A stretch of 64,000 bases of DNA from Trichoplax adhaerens. Its lineage: Eukaryota; Animalia; Placozoa. Under the pieces are notes generated by a model. The model saw nothing but the letters and a program-made list of their open reading frames with translations. It ran no database searches and was not told where the DNA came from. Made by a program: the position numbers and the translations under genes. The stretch's first letter is position 1. Every line of letters starts with the position of its first letter. Below are positions 32,330-44,774 of the stretch, one piece after another. The stretch covers positions 7,983,880 through 8,047,879 of the forward strand of contig NW_002060947.1 of NCBI RefSeq assembly GCF_000150275.1, in the 5' to 3' direction.

Positions 32330-34126
32330 GACCCAGACAGACCTCTGCAAAATTCATACAAATAAAAACAACCTGCATTTTTACCTTGATGGTAAAATCA
32401 TTAGTATTTTAGCTGCCACACTTTCTCAAAACGAATCGACCGCTTTTCAGCAAAGGGTATGACCATTCCCAACGTACAGTATAGTAGGAGTACTAGTACT
32501 ATTAGAGATGAGTAGATGCCAGACCTCTACAAAATCCATCCAGGTAAAAACAACCTCCTTTTTCACCTCGATGGTAAATCACTTCCATTTTGTCTGCCAC
32601 ACTTGCTCAAACGAATCGTCGGCTGTTCAGCAAAGAGTATGACAATTTCCAACGTATAGTTCGACTACTAATGCTATCACGGATGAGTAGATGCCAGACG
32701 TCTACAAAATCTATCCAAGTAAAAAACAACCTTCTTTTTACCTCGATAGTAAAATCATTAGCATTTTGTCTGCCACACTTGCTCAAACAAACCGATCGCT
32801 TTTCAGCAAAGGGTATGACCATTTCCAACGTCTATAGTAGTAAGAGTACTAGTGCTACCAGGGATGAGTAGATGCCAGACCTGTGCAAAATCCTTGCAGG
32901 TACAAATACAATCTCCTTTTAACCTCCATGGTAAAATCCCTTGCATTTTATCACCCACACTTGCTCAAACGAATCGTCAGCTTTTCAGCAAAGGGTATGA
33001 CTATTTTCAACGTCTACAGTAGTACTACCAGGGATGAGTCGATGCCAGACCTGTGCAAAATCCTTGCAGGTACAAATACAATCTCCTTTTAACCTCCATG
33101 GTAAAATCCCTTGCATTTTATCACCCACACTTGCTCAAACGAATCGACAGCTTTTCAGCAAAGGGTATGACTATTTCCAACGTCTACAGTAGTACTACCA
33201 GGGATGAGTAGATGCCAGACCTGTGCAAAATCCTTGCAGGTAAAAATACAACCTCCTTATTAACCTCCATGGTAAAATCCCTCGCATTTTATCACCCACA
33301 CTTGCTCAAACGAATCGACGGCTTTTCAGCAAAGGGTATGACTATTTTCAACGTCTACAGTAGTACCACCAGGGATGTGTAGATGCCAGACCTGTGCAAA
33401 ATCCTTGCAGGTACAAATACAACCTCCTTTTAACCTCCATGGTAAAATCCCTTGCATTTTATCACACACACTTGCTCAAACGAATCGACGGCTATTCAGC
33501 AAGGGTATGACTATTTTCAACGTCTACAGTAGTACTACCAGGGATGTGTAGATGCCAGACCTGTGCAAAATCCTTGCAGGTACAAATACAACCTCCTTTT
33601 AACCTCCATGGTAAAATCCCTTGCATTTTATCACACACACTTGCTCAAACGAATCGACGGCTATTCAGCAAAGGGTATGACTATTTTCAACGTCTACAGT
33701 AGTACTACCAGGGATGTGTAGATGCCAGACCTGTGCAAAATCCTTGCAGGTACAAATACAACCTCCTTTTAACCTCCATGGTAAAATCCCTTGCATTTTA
33801 TCACACACACTTGCTCAAACGAATCGACGGCTTTAACGTTTACAGTAGTACTACCAGGGATGAGTAGATGCTAGACCTGTAAAGGGTATGACCATTTCCA
33901 ACGTCTATAGTAGTAAGAGTACTTGTGCTACCAGGGATGAGTAGATGCCAGACCTGTGCAAAATCCTTGCAGGTAAAAATACAACCTCCTTATTAACCTC
34001 CACGGTAAAATCCCTCGCATTTTATCACCCACACTTGCTCAAACGAATCGATGCCTTTCAGCAAAGAGCTGGACAATATTCAAAATATAGTTAGAGTACT
34101 AGGGCTACTGGCGATGAGTCGATGCC
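32330..34126. repeat. Satellite-like tandem array, ~170 bp unit, about 10 copies
   Basis: GATGCCAGACCTGTGCAAAATCC at 32871, 33041, 33211, 33382, 33551, 33721 and 33944. More diverged, slightly longer copies lie at ~32335, 32515 and 32690. Confidence 0.95.
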
Positions 34127-34486
34127 ATGGACAAAGTCTTTACTAAAAATTATGTCACCTGTAGCCATGGTTTCCTACTACAACTTGCAATGTTAAATGG
34201 ATGCTACTGCAGACATTACTTTCGCAAGCCATTTTCATTTGTCGTTGGTCGTATTTTCATTTCATCTGTACAGTACACGAGTATACTAGGATGCCGATGG
34301 CATAATTGCGAGCCATTACTAAAGGTACTCTGTATCCTATGCAAAATAAATGTCGCTAATACGCGCATCCAGTCCTCCTATCAGGATGCAGTGATGAAGC
34401 ACCACACGTGACATCAGTTTAGATGGGGCGTCTATTTAAATCCAATCGACTTGCGCACTCCATCATTATTACGCGGGAAAATCAAA

Positions 34487-37400
34487 ATGGGGAGGTTGGG
34501 GAAAGCTCTTGCCTGCCAAGAAAATGAAGAAACACCGACTAAATCTAGTCCTTCTTCATCTCAGTCGCCAAAATGGAACAAACCCAACGATATTATTCGA
34601 CTACGATTGCAGAAGAGGAGGAAATCACGCAAGACTCCTTCAGCTAGCCATCAACGCCAAGTGTTGCAAGTCGTGGATACCAATGTCCAGGAGGATAGTC
34701 ATGGCGACCCTGGTAGCCATTCTTTTCCAGGAGATCAGCTTGAAAGTCATGAAATGAAAGTCAAGCAATCGGATCAACAGCCGTCGCTATTTGATGCTAT
34801 CGACCATTTTCAACAGGTTAGTTCTTGTAATATCACTTTTCTGATCGTGAGTACCACCAATGAACGATATTTGATCATTAGCCAATGGCTGTGCTCATGT
34901 TTATAATATCTAATTAATCGTTCCAATGACATTAGGAGAAAAAATTCAACATGGCTGCGGATCATGCGATCGAAAATGCCATTCCAAGTCGTCACTTTGT
35001 AAGTCAATCCTTAATAAAAGTTGTTACTAGTAGTGCCTAATGCTCAGTCTATCAAAGAAACAAGTCGATCCTCAATAAAAGTGATCACATAGACTTGCAA
35101 TACGGTAGTGCTTAATTTTCAGTTCATGACTTTCGCTATGGTAATACTGCACATAGAAGCCAATCTTCAATCATTGTGGTTACCAATAGTGCCTAGTTTT
35201 CAGTCCATGACTTTCACCATGATTTGCACTTTACACGTAAAGAAAGGAGTCGATCCGTAATGAAAGTTTCTGCCGATGCTGCCTAATTTCTGTCCATGAC
35301 TTTACAATGATAGTAGTGGACACGAAAAGAATAGAATTGTACACAACGGAATACTATGCTTTAAAAAGTCGTTCCGCTTGGTCCATAATATAATGCTCCT
35401 AGAATTCATTAAAAATAATCGTTAGCAATTCTCTCCTTTAGAATGATATGCAAGAATTGTCAAAGCTCAATTTTGGTACATCGTTGCCGGTAGATTGGTC
35501 TTTAAAGCTTAGCTGCAGATTTATTTGTCAAACTCCCTTGCAATGGTGTAATAATATCACTAGCAATGATGAAATTATGGCTGTAACTAATTTTGTACGC
35601 TGCTGTAATCAGTCAGAGGTAAGCTACATCAATTCTTTCACTGATAGCATAATGAAATAACATATAGTATAGTTATAAGTTTGGATATGAAATCATGTGA
35701 TTGCCATTTTTGAACACTAGCTGAATGGATGATGTTGTAAAAGCATTAGTGATCTTCAAATTGTTGGTTTAAAATTGTAACACAGATAATCATCAATAAC
35801 AGTATCTAATAACTAAAATGAAATAATTATGCTTTAGTTAAACAATCAACCAGATAATCTGGGAACTTTGCTAAAGCAATATTTATTGACCTGGTGCCAC
35901 CCTGTATTGCCTGGAATAGAATTATTTCCCAGAACAGGCAGAAAGCCTTCTAAACTCTCACAGTAAGGATCTCTGACTTTGAATTCGTTTTGCATCATCT
36001 ACTACCTTCTTTCTACTAATCAACTGATAAATCATACACAGGGCCGGTCCAATAGTTACGAATGAGCAAATGCTAAAAGCAATGATGTCTAACTGGTTAG
36101 GATATATTACTTCAACTGTCTGTCTTTAGATAGTGTATCATATACATCGATATTGTATCGTTATTGAATTGAAGCTGCCTAAATGCTGCATGATATTGAA
36201 ATAATATCAACACGTCTATTTTACTTTCATAGGAAAGAGAGCTTTTATTCTATATATCACATGACAAGGTGTCAGAAATGTCCGTACTTCTATTTATGCA
36301 CTCACCAATTTAGTATACTTTTTATTGCTGAGGGCATCAACGGCTCTCCCTCTATTACCGCCATCGTGAGTTCTACAACGTCAGGATTTCGTCAATTATT
36401 ATCTAATGAAGGTAGTCTTGTTTTCATAATCACACTATTTTACTTGGTAATAATACGCTATGATAGTTAGCTTATTAAGATTGACCGACTGTATTTGCTT
36501 TCAGGAATTCAGTTTCATGCAGTTGGTAGGAAAGGCAATGAGCAAGAAGCAACAGATGAATACAAAGACAATTTTGTAGTCAGCGATGATGAATTCGACG
36601 TCAACAGTGATTCAGATTCCCTTACTGGAAATGCTGAAGATGATGAAAGTCACTTAGACTGGTTAAAAAACAGAGGGATCGATAACACATTCATGAAAAT
36701 TGCCTATTCACCGACGTATCCTTTCGTAGAGTTATTCGAATAATGATAAAACTTTAATAAGGTAGAAGGTATACAGTAATTGATTGGATAAGAACAGATT
36801 GACATATATAGCTAATCATCCTTAACAACTTCATTTAGCCATAATGTAAATGATATTAACGATCGCCAAAAAGCTTCTGCTTTACGAATTGAAGGCAGCT
36901 CCCATGTTCATGCCTTTTATAACTTTCTTCTAAATTACAAGAACTTGGTTGCACCTATTGGTTGGCAAGCTGGAATTCCTCCCACAATTCTATCACCTGT
37001 CGCATTTTGCGGTGGCACTCTAAAACCTTTAACGGTAATTACTTTTGAAAGCTTTATTAATTTTGATAATTTATATGTTTTAAAAACAGTCAGTTATTGT
37101 ACACTTACCTAACTGAACGCATTGTATTCATCAATTTCTAGTTTAAATGTAATAAAATGAAGCAGCCAAATATTCTTGGTAAAACAGAAGAAAAATCCTA
37201 TTTAGAAATATCCGGGCCAGTTATTCCTTGCCAGTTTATTCGAATATGTAATCTTTTACGCTCTGCTCATGGAAATAATATGAAGGCCTCCATTAAATGC
37301 TTGGAATCTACTTCTGTTTTCAATACGAGTGGTCACTCAATGTTAGACGATAGTAATTCAAATCATCTACCCGATGAAGTGATGCCAGTAGCTAAATTGC

Positions 37401-37519
37401 AAAATTACAATTTATCTGAGGTAATGTTGAAACAATTAGCCAGTAAAAATAGCCTTGATGGAAAATCGATTAAAAGTGTACAATTGATAAACGGTAATTT
37501 TCACTGGTCAACAGCGTGA
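34487..37519 (+). CDS. DONSON: DONSON (downstream neighbour of Son; replisome/CMG assembly factor)
   Basis: LPVDWSLKLSCRF, WCHPVLPGIELFPR, CPYFYLCTHQFSILF...SSTTSGFRQLLSNEGIQF, acidic patch, FYNFLLN...GWQAGIPPTILSPVAFCGGTL and YLEISGPVIP. Stop TGA at 37517-37519. Confidence 0.9.
36716..36838 (+). other. U12-type GT-AG intron in DONSON
   Basis: Perfect GTATCCTTT donor at 36716 and TCCTTAAC branch site at 36819-36826. The AG at 36837-36838 gives a splice that restores the frame. Confidence 0.9.
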
Positions 37520-38130
37520 TGTATATATTTATATATATATGTAATTTATAACTGAGGATATATAATTTTTATTATACATACTAAACTATTGCGTAGAAAA
37601 TCAAATAAATTGAAAAATTTGTAGATTCTAATTAATCAGGAATTTTATCGAAATACTGTAACGAGGCAATTTGTTGTAACATAAAATAATGTAAACGATT
37701 AGTGGTTTCTGGCTTAATTGCTATCGTGGCCATCAAATTTCGACTAAATATGAATAATTACACTGCAATTTACTAGACATTGATTACTCGCATTTCTTGT
37801 TATGATCGATACTACTGGTTATATAATTGAAGCAGTATTCATGTCAATAATGAAAGTAATGTTTCATATTTTAAATTGTAAATTTTTTCTCTTGGACAAT
37901 TAATTAAAAAGTCGACGTATTAATTCGCATCACTTTTTCAAGAAAATTTCCAATGTGTATGTTCAACAAGCAAAATTTTGACTCCATACGGAAGCAGAAA
38001 ATATCAAATCGCCAATCTTAAAACATCAATGTTTTACAAAAACTGATAAATTTCCACTTCAAATGAACGGATTTACTTACACAAAGCAACACATTGAAAG
38101 AAAATTTGCAGCTCGATTCTCTTACTATGT

Positions 38131-39411
38131 ATGTTACACTTCCTGAGTTTGAGATAAACATTCATTCAAGACTCGAAAATAGTGTTGATCTTGATCGACT
38201 TCAACTATTTATGATGATTTAAAGTGGTCATTTATTGCTCGGCAATTAAAGTGAAACCCCAAGCGTTTTGTTATGATATAATTTTCCTAAATAATATATT
38301 TAACTAAGCATAAAATATAATATAACAAAGCACGTATAGCAATTTTAAACGAAAGTATTCCACCATATTCTAAAGTCGATATTTTTCCAGTCAAATTATG
38401 ATTTTAATCGACCGTTATTTTATTTTTTTCGTAAGTTAGTAGAAGCGCAATGATATTTTCAGTAGGTTGATTTATACCGTAAAACATATTGATGATGTCT
38501 TTAAGGAAACGTCTTCTGTTTAATAACTCAATGTCCGATTGTAGGCAACTTTGTTGCCGCGAATAGATTAATAAACAAACTGTATTTAAGAACTATAGAG
38601 ATGAGCTTGGAGTACCACTAGACTTTATTTCTTTTGCTGTTCTAGTCAATCATTGCTCCACTATTCTTTACTCTGTAATTAAAGCCTGCTTTCAATTTCT
38701 ATCTGCCTGAGACATTTATTTTGTGAGAACGAAACTAGATTAGACAGAATTGTTATGAGGCTCTTTCATTTCACGGCTAAATCTAGTTAATCTACTCGCA
38801 AAGTAGAACGCATTTCCATATATAAGATGATACTCAAAAATCAATTGTCGACTCCTGGCCACAATCATCATTAGGTTATAGCTTCGTATAACAGTATAGG
38901 AAATTTCTATCCTACCTAAAGTTAGCATGAAGAGCCTGCTGTGATGCATTGCAAATAAACGACTATCGATCCAACATGTGCTTGTTCCAATCTGAATTTT
39001 ATTGTACAAGTCCAGGAATTCTATCCGATGGCTTTGTGATATCATGTATCCATAATATTATATCAATGTCCTAACTATTATAACCAGTTTTCTCTCTCCA
39101 GCATACAGTCACTAGTACTTTTAAGTAAGCTCTGAATAATACAATTTATAATATTAGCTCTATTCCGTATTTACTCTATTACGGTCAAAGCCCAAATTTG
39201 GTCAATTATAGGATAGAGTAAAGGGCTAATTAATCCTAGATCGGATCAATGTTACACTTCCTGAGTTTGAGCTAAACATTCATTCAAGACTCGAAATAGT
39301 GTTGATCTTGATCGACTTCAACTATTTATGATGATTTAAAGTAGTCATTTATTGCTCGGCAATCAATGTGAAACCCCAAGCATTTTGTTATGATATAATC
39401 TCCCTAAATAA
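38131..39411. repeat. Pair of ~160 bp direct repeats (~38131-38292 and ~39249-39411)
   Basis: TGTTACACTTCCTGAGTTTGAG...GTGTTGATCTTGATCGACTTCAACTATTT...GTGAAACCCCAAGC...CCTAAATAA occurs twice, ~1.1 kb apart. Confidence 0.85.
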
Positions 39412-41676
39412 AGTCTTTAGGTAGATAACTTTGTGATATCATGTCAATTATAGGATAGACTAAAGGTCTAATCAATCCTAGATTGGATCAATTAATTCTA
39501 GGATTGATATATTCTGAAGAGGCCAAAGAAATATTTAAATTTCTTCTACTATGCCTCATTTAGATGGCGATTCAATTTTACGGCACTAGTTTGCATTATC
39601 AAATCGGATTAATTTTGGGATTTAATTTGCTAAAATTTAACATAGATATTTACTAGATTTGTGGTATCAAGTATTAGTATATTATAATCTTAATCTTAAA
39701 GATGGATTTCTATGCTGTCATGGCCTAACAGAGTAAAATTCAGTGTGATCACTTTGAAGTAGAACACTTTTGGCCTTTGGCAAGATCAAGTGCTGTAAGA
39801 CCATGCTCCATGATAGTATAGTAGTCACTATTTTTGATAACTAGAACATGGAGATTTGTAGCAATCTGCCATTGAACTTAATTTGAGAACTTGTCGCGAA
39901 TAATCATTAAAATATTGGTCAACCTCAAGATCCACCACAGAACCTATTAATATATTCGATTCTAGTATTTTTATACTGCAAAATCTGCAATAAAAATATA
40001 TCCAACGTGATCTACTTTTATCGATCTGCTATACATGAGTACTAAATACGAATAAAGATAAGTCAAGTGGATATCAATGTGAATTAATAATAAACTGCAT
40101 GAAATTTCGCGCAATAAAACCAAAGCTTGATTGAATTCAAGAAAGGGGATCAAGTCCAATGAGAAAATTCCTCCTAAAACAGGTTACCGGCCATCGAGGT
40201 AAGCAAACCCATCCTACCTCGATGACCATACAGCCAAACCTTGTAGAAGACTATTGCAGAGTTTTACGAATGGCAGCACTATGCCCAGCCAATACTCACT
40301 AGTTACTACTGAAAAATCGCGATCTGATAGCCATAATTTAACGGTTAGTGTTTACTTAGCAGGAGGCGAATTGGTGAGCCTAAGGGCAAACTTAATTGGC
40401 TCTCAAAAGTCAAAACAAGAGTCGGGCGGACGATAACCAGACATGGCTAGCGCCGACTAAAGCTTATAGTAGGATGTCAATAAAAGCTAGTTCCCGTATA
40501 GGAATTTTTGTGTTGGAGATTTGTTGACAAATAACTCAAACCCGAATAGGATAAAAAGGTCTTGGAGAGAGAGCTAAAGTAGCCTCTCCGCTTTGCTAAG
40601 TCAAGAGTACAAGACAACTGTCTACCATAGATTATAGTTTCTGTTATTGCTAATATCGAATAACCTTTTAACACTGTAATAAAGTTATTTTTTATTCTAC
40701 GATGTTGGCTATGGAAATTGCCGTGAGCGGTAGTTCAGATTAGTTCAGAAGTAACAATGATTATCATGATCAATTAAGAAAATATTAGCGTTGATCACGG
40801 AAGCAAATCTACTCTTACCTTGGATATTGCTATCGATTAGCACGATTAAAAAGAGGAAATAAACTTTTGAAAAGATAGAGCAAGGAAAGGTGCGGTCAAA
40901 TCCTCCAGAACTACTTGTCTACAGGTAAGATAGCTTACTCTTCACACGGCGTAGGCTTGTGCTAGAGGAGGAAAGAAATGGTCATTCGCTTCTTGTTTTT
41001 ACCTACAAGCAAAGTTTAGGCATAGACACTTAGCCAGTCCAACTACGAGTTGATCAGTTAACTGCAAGACCGACTCAAGGATTTGCCAACTCGCTGTTAA
41101 CTGCGATCTTGCATTTCAAAGTTAGCATCCTTACGGTACGTCAGGAGTACTTACTGTATAGCTTTCTTTTTCAAGTTACTATCAGGACATGTTGATTTTG
41201 TTAGTTCAATTTTAATAAACACAAGCTGGATAATGTGTGGTCAAAAATCATTGGATTAGTGTTGTTTATTGAAGATGGAATGCTAGGTAACCAAAATTGA
41301 TTGGATAATCTCCAGATACATTCGACAATTTGGGTCAGCTTTTGCACATTATTTTGTGATTTTAAAGTTGTTTTATTCTCCAATACTTTATCACGATGAG
41401 ATGGAATTGATACGATAGTGATCATAGCAGCTATCTAGGGCATTCTATTACAATCTATTCCCTGTGTAGATTCAAATTGGTTTTCATGTTGCTGTGCATA
41501 GATATCATTCGTCTTGTTATTCGCTGCTGTGTTGTGCATTGTCTACGGTAGTGGCACAGCCATTTTGACTCCTACTTTGATATTCAACATCATCTTATTT
41601 CTTATTACAGGACTATTGACAGAGATTGCCATAGTAAACAAGCAAATTAGGATCGAGGAGAAATACAATTCAAGTC

Positions 41677-44600
41677 ATGTTATCTCGCTTGCCAAGAAAA
41701 GTACTTTATCCTCTTGCAGCAAATAGCATACAAGGTAGGATAGCGATGCAATCGACGCCGCCTACTGCTGCCCAAAAGCTGGATGATGAAGAGAAAATAG
41801 CAAATGCTAAACCTTACACTCAAGTACCTGGACCTAAAGGTTATCCTATTATTGGTACCTTGTGGACTTTATTAAAAAATAATGGCTTCTATCAAAAAAG
41901 ACCCCACTTGCTATTTGCGGAGTACAAGAAAACATACGGACCCATTTTTAAAGACAAGATTGGTAATATGGAGTTAGTATTTATATCAACACCGGAAGAT
42001 GTTGCTACTATGTTTAGCGCTGAAGGAAAATATCCAAGTAAAGGACCAGTAAATCCATGGGTCATTTATCGTGAACAACGAAAAAAGCCCAAAGGTGTTT
42101 TAATCGGGTAATAGATCATTTAAGATATGATTGCTTTATGGTGCTGCTCATATTGAATGAAAGTTTTCCCTTCCTATACACGTATGCTCGTTATTGATCA
42201 CTCTGTAGTTACCTTTTATTCTATTCAGCATAAATATTCGTATACTGTAATAGCATGGCTAAGCTAGATAGAAAATTGAAATTGATTCATCATGTAAATC
42301 ACACTCTAAAAACGAGCAAAAAATGCCCAGATTAAGTCTAACACAATTGCTTGGAACTATGAATCAAACTATTCTCACATAGTTTAGTGCTGGAATCCAT
42401 TACAATTAAATAAAATAACTCAATTATCCAGATGCTAGAACGCGATCTGATGTTGTCTTTTCTTAACAGAGAAGGGGAAGACTGGCGGAGATCAAGAAGT
42501 GTAATGGATAAAAAGCTACTTAAATTGAAGGATGTCAGTGCATATAGCGAAAGGATAAATCAAGTCATCACCGATCTAATAGCACATATAAGACAGAAAC
42601 GGATAACAGATAATCGAAATGGAGAATTAGCTAATCTTAAGGATGCATTGTGCAAGTGGGCCTTTGAAAGTAAGAAACCCTAACAGTTGATCAATATACG
42701 TATATGCGATATATAGCTGTAATGTAAGAATTGAATACATAGTACCAATGAAATGCTTGTCATTTTAATCCTATTTCCTCTCGTAAACTCTTTACGATCC
42801 TAACTTGATTTCAATAATGTTAAAATATCGAAAGCTGTTATAACTGCAAATACAACCGGGTGTCTATAATTTAAAGTGTCCAATTCACTTTTTATTTGCT
42901 ACTGTATCCTCTGAAATAAGAATCCAATTTTGCTATCGCTTTAGGCAAGCATTTTCTATAGCGATATTAAAATCTGCATCCATCGGAAGAAATTTCATAG
43001 TCAATCGATTTTATAATCATTATTAGAACGATACATTACTAGCGTAGCAAAGAGAGAGAGCTTAAAGCAAACTACCGTATACATATATAGAAAAACTCTT
43101 TATTAACAAAAATACTGACCTTATATTTCCATTGGATTATTAGCCAATAATACCATTTTATTTAATAAACGGCTTGGAGCATTCAATGATCCTCCTACTC
43201 CAATCGCCAAGAGATTTTATGAGACTGTCTGTCAGATGCTAGAGGTTACTGGTCAATTTATGCTATTGCCACCATATTACAAATATATTAAAACCAAAGG
43301 ATGGAAAGCATATTGCAGCTATTGGGATACATTATTTGAGATTGGTGGCAAACTCATTGAAGAAGAGCGAAATCGATTATCATCTACTGAGATTAATCTT
43401 TTGAATAACCGACAGAATAAACAACGTACTGAAGATTTAGAATTTTTACCATATGTTTTATCGCGTGGGGAATTAAATGATGAAGAAATTGCTAGTAATA
43501 TGATCGAGCTGATGATGGCAGGCGTGGATACAGTAAGTTATCTTACTATAAATATTTCATTTTTAAATTAGATCTAGAAAATACATTATTTGCTCCAAGA
43601 GACGTACTGTAAATTTATAGAGGTTATTGTGATACATTAATATGGTAAAATGAAAGTCAGAGCCTACATGACTTTATCAACATTTACTATCATATTCATC
43701 CCGTAAGTGGTATGATTGTAATTATTCGTTGATAATTGTGTTCATATTTATTATGTGGACTAGACTGTAGGGTATGATGCAATCTCAAACCTACATTTGC
43801 AAAAATTACCTTAATCTAGTATACCCATTAATCAGCATAAATTTTATATCCAATCATAAAATGTATAGGAATATTCAGATTTATTTAAAATTTTCTACAA
43901 ATTGTTATAAGCTACAATTTTATTTCAGACCGCTACCACAATATTGTGGACGCTCTTTATCTTGGGCAAGAATCCTGATATTCAAGATAAGCTATATCAT
44001 GAAGTCAGCAGTGTATTAAAAGATGGAGAATTACCTGATAGTCAAACTTTACAGAAAATGCCTTACTTAAGAGGAGTTATCAAAGAAAGCCAACGGTATC
44101 TGATGATACTTTAATTTACAAAGCTGGATAGATGAACAACCATTACCTTATATTTTTAATTAGATTATATCCTGTAGTACATGCAACAGCGCGTATCCTT
44201 GACCAAGATGTTGTATTAAGTGGATATCATATTCCTGCAAAGGTATAATTGTAAATTTATGAAATGTAGGAGTTTAATTAAAGCCTGATATTTCTGAACA
44301 TTTATCTTGAGTTGATACCATTAACATCGGTGTATACGCGCTTACAGACAAGAGTTTTAGCATTGATGCATCTCATATCAAGAGATGAATCAATTTTTGA
44401 AGAAGCCACAAAGATTAAACCGGAACGATGGATACGATCATCAGCATCGTCACAGCACCAGCGCCTTCCATTTAGTATTATTTCATTTGGACTTGGACCA
44501 AGAATGTGTATTGGAAGACGCATAGCAGAACTGCAAATGGAATTAACTATTGCTAGAGTATGTTTTCTTTTAATTTTAAATTGATGATAATAAAATTTTA

Positions 44601-44774
44601 GTAATCATTATACAATCTATTTTATAACGGTATCTGATATTATTTATGTTTGCATGTTAGCTGATTTCGGAATTTCATGTTGACTGCCGTAATGAAAATG
44701 AAATCGGAGCAACATTTAGCTTAGTTGCATCTCCTGATCAAGATCTTCAAATTGCTTTTCAACCAAGAAATTGA
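41677..44774 (+). CDS. Cytochrome P450, mitochondrial clan, tandem copy A, 7 exons
   Basis: MLSRLPRK N-terminus, KPYTQVPGPKGYPIIG, WRRSR, AGVDT|T, ESQR|LYP, PERW and FGLGPRMCIG. Stop TGA at 44772-44774. Confidence 0.93.

Noticed and set aside
32211-33092. Short ORFs within the 170-bp array, and the idea that the array is CRISPR-like
   Set aside because: The whole unit repeats with no unique spacers and there are no cas genes. The ORFs are by-products of the repeat.
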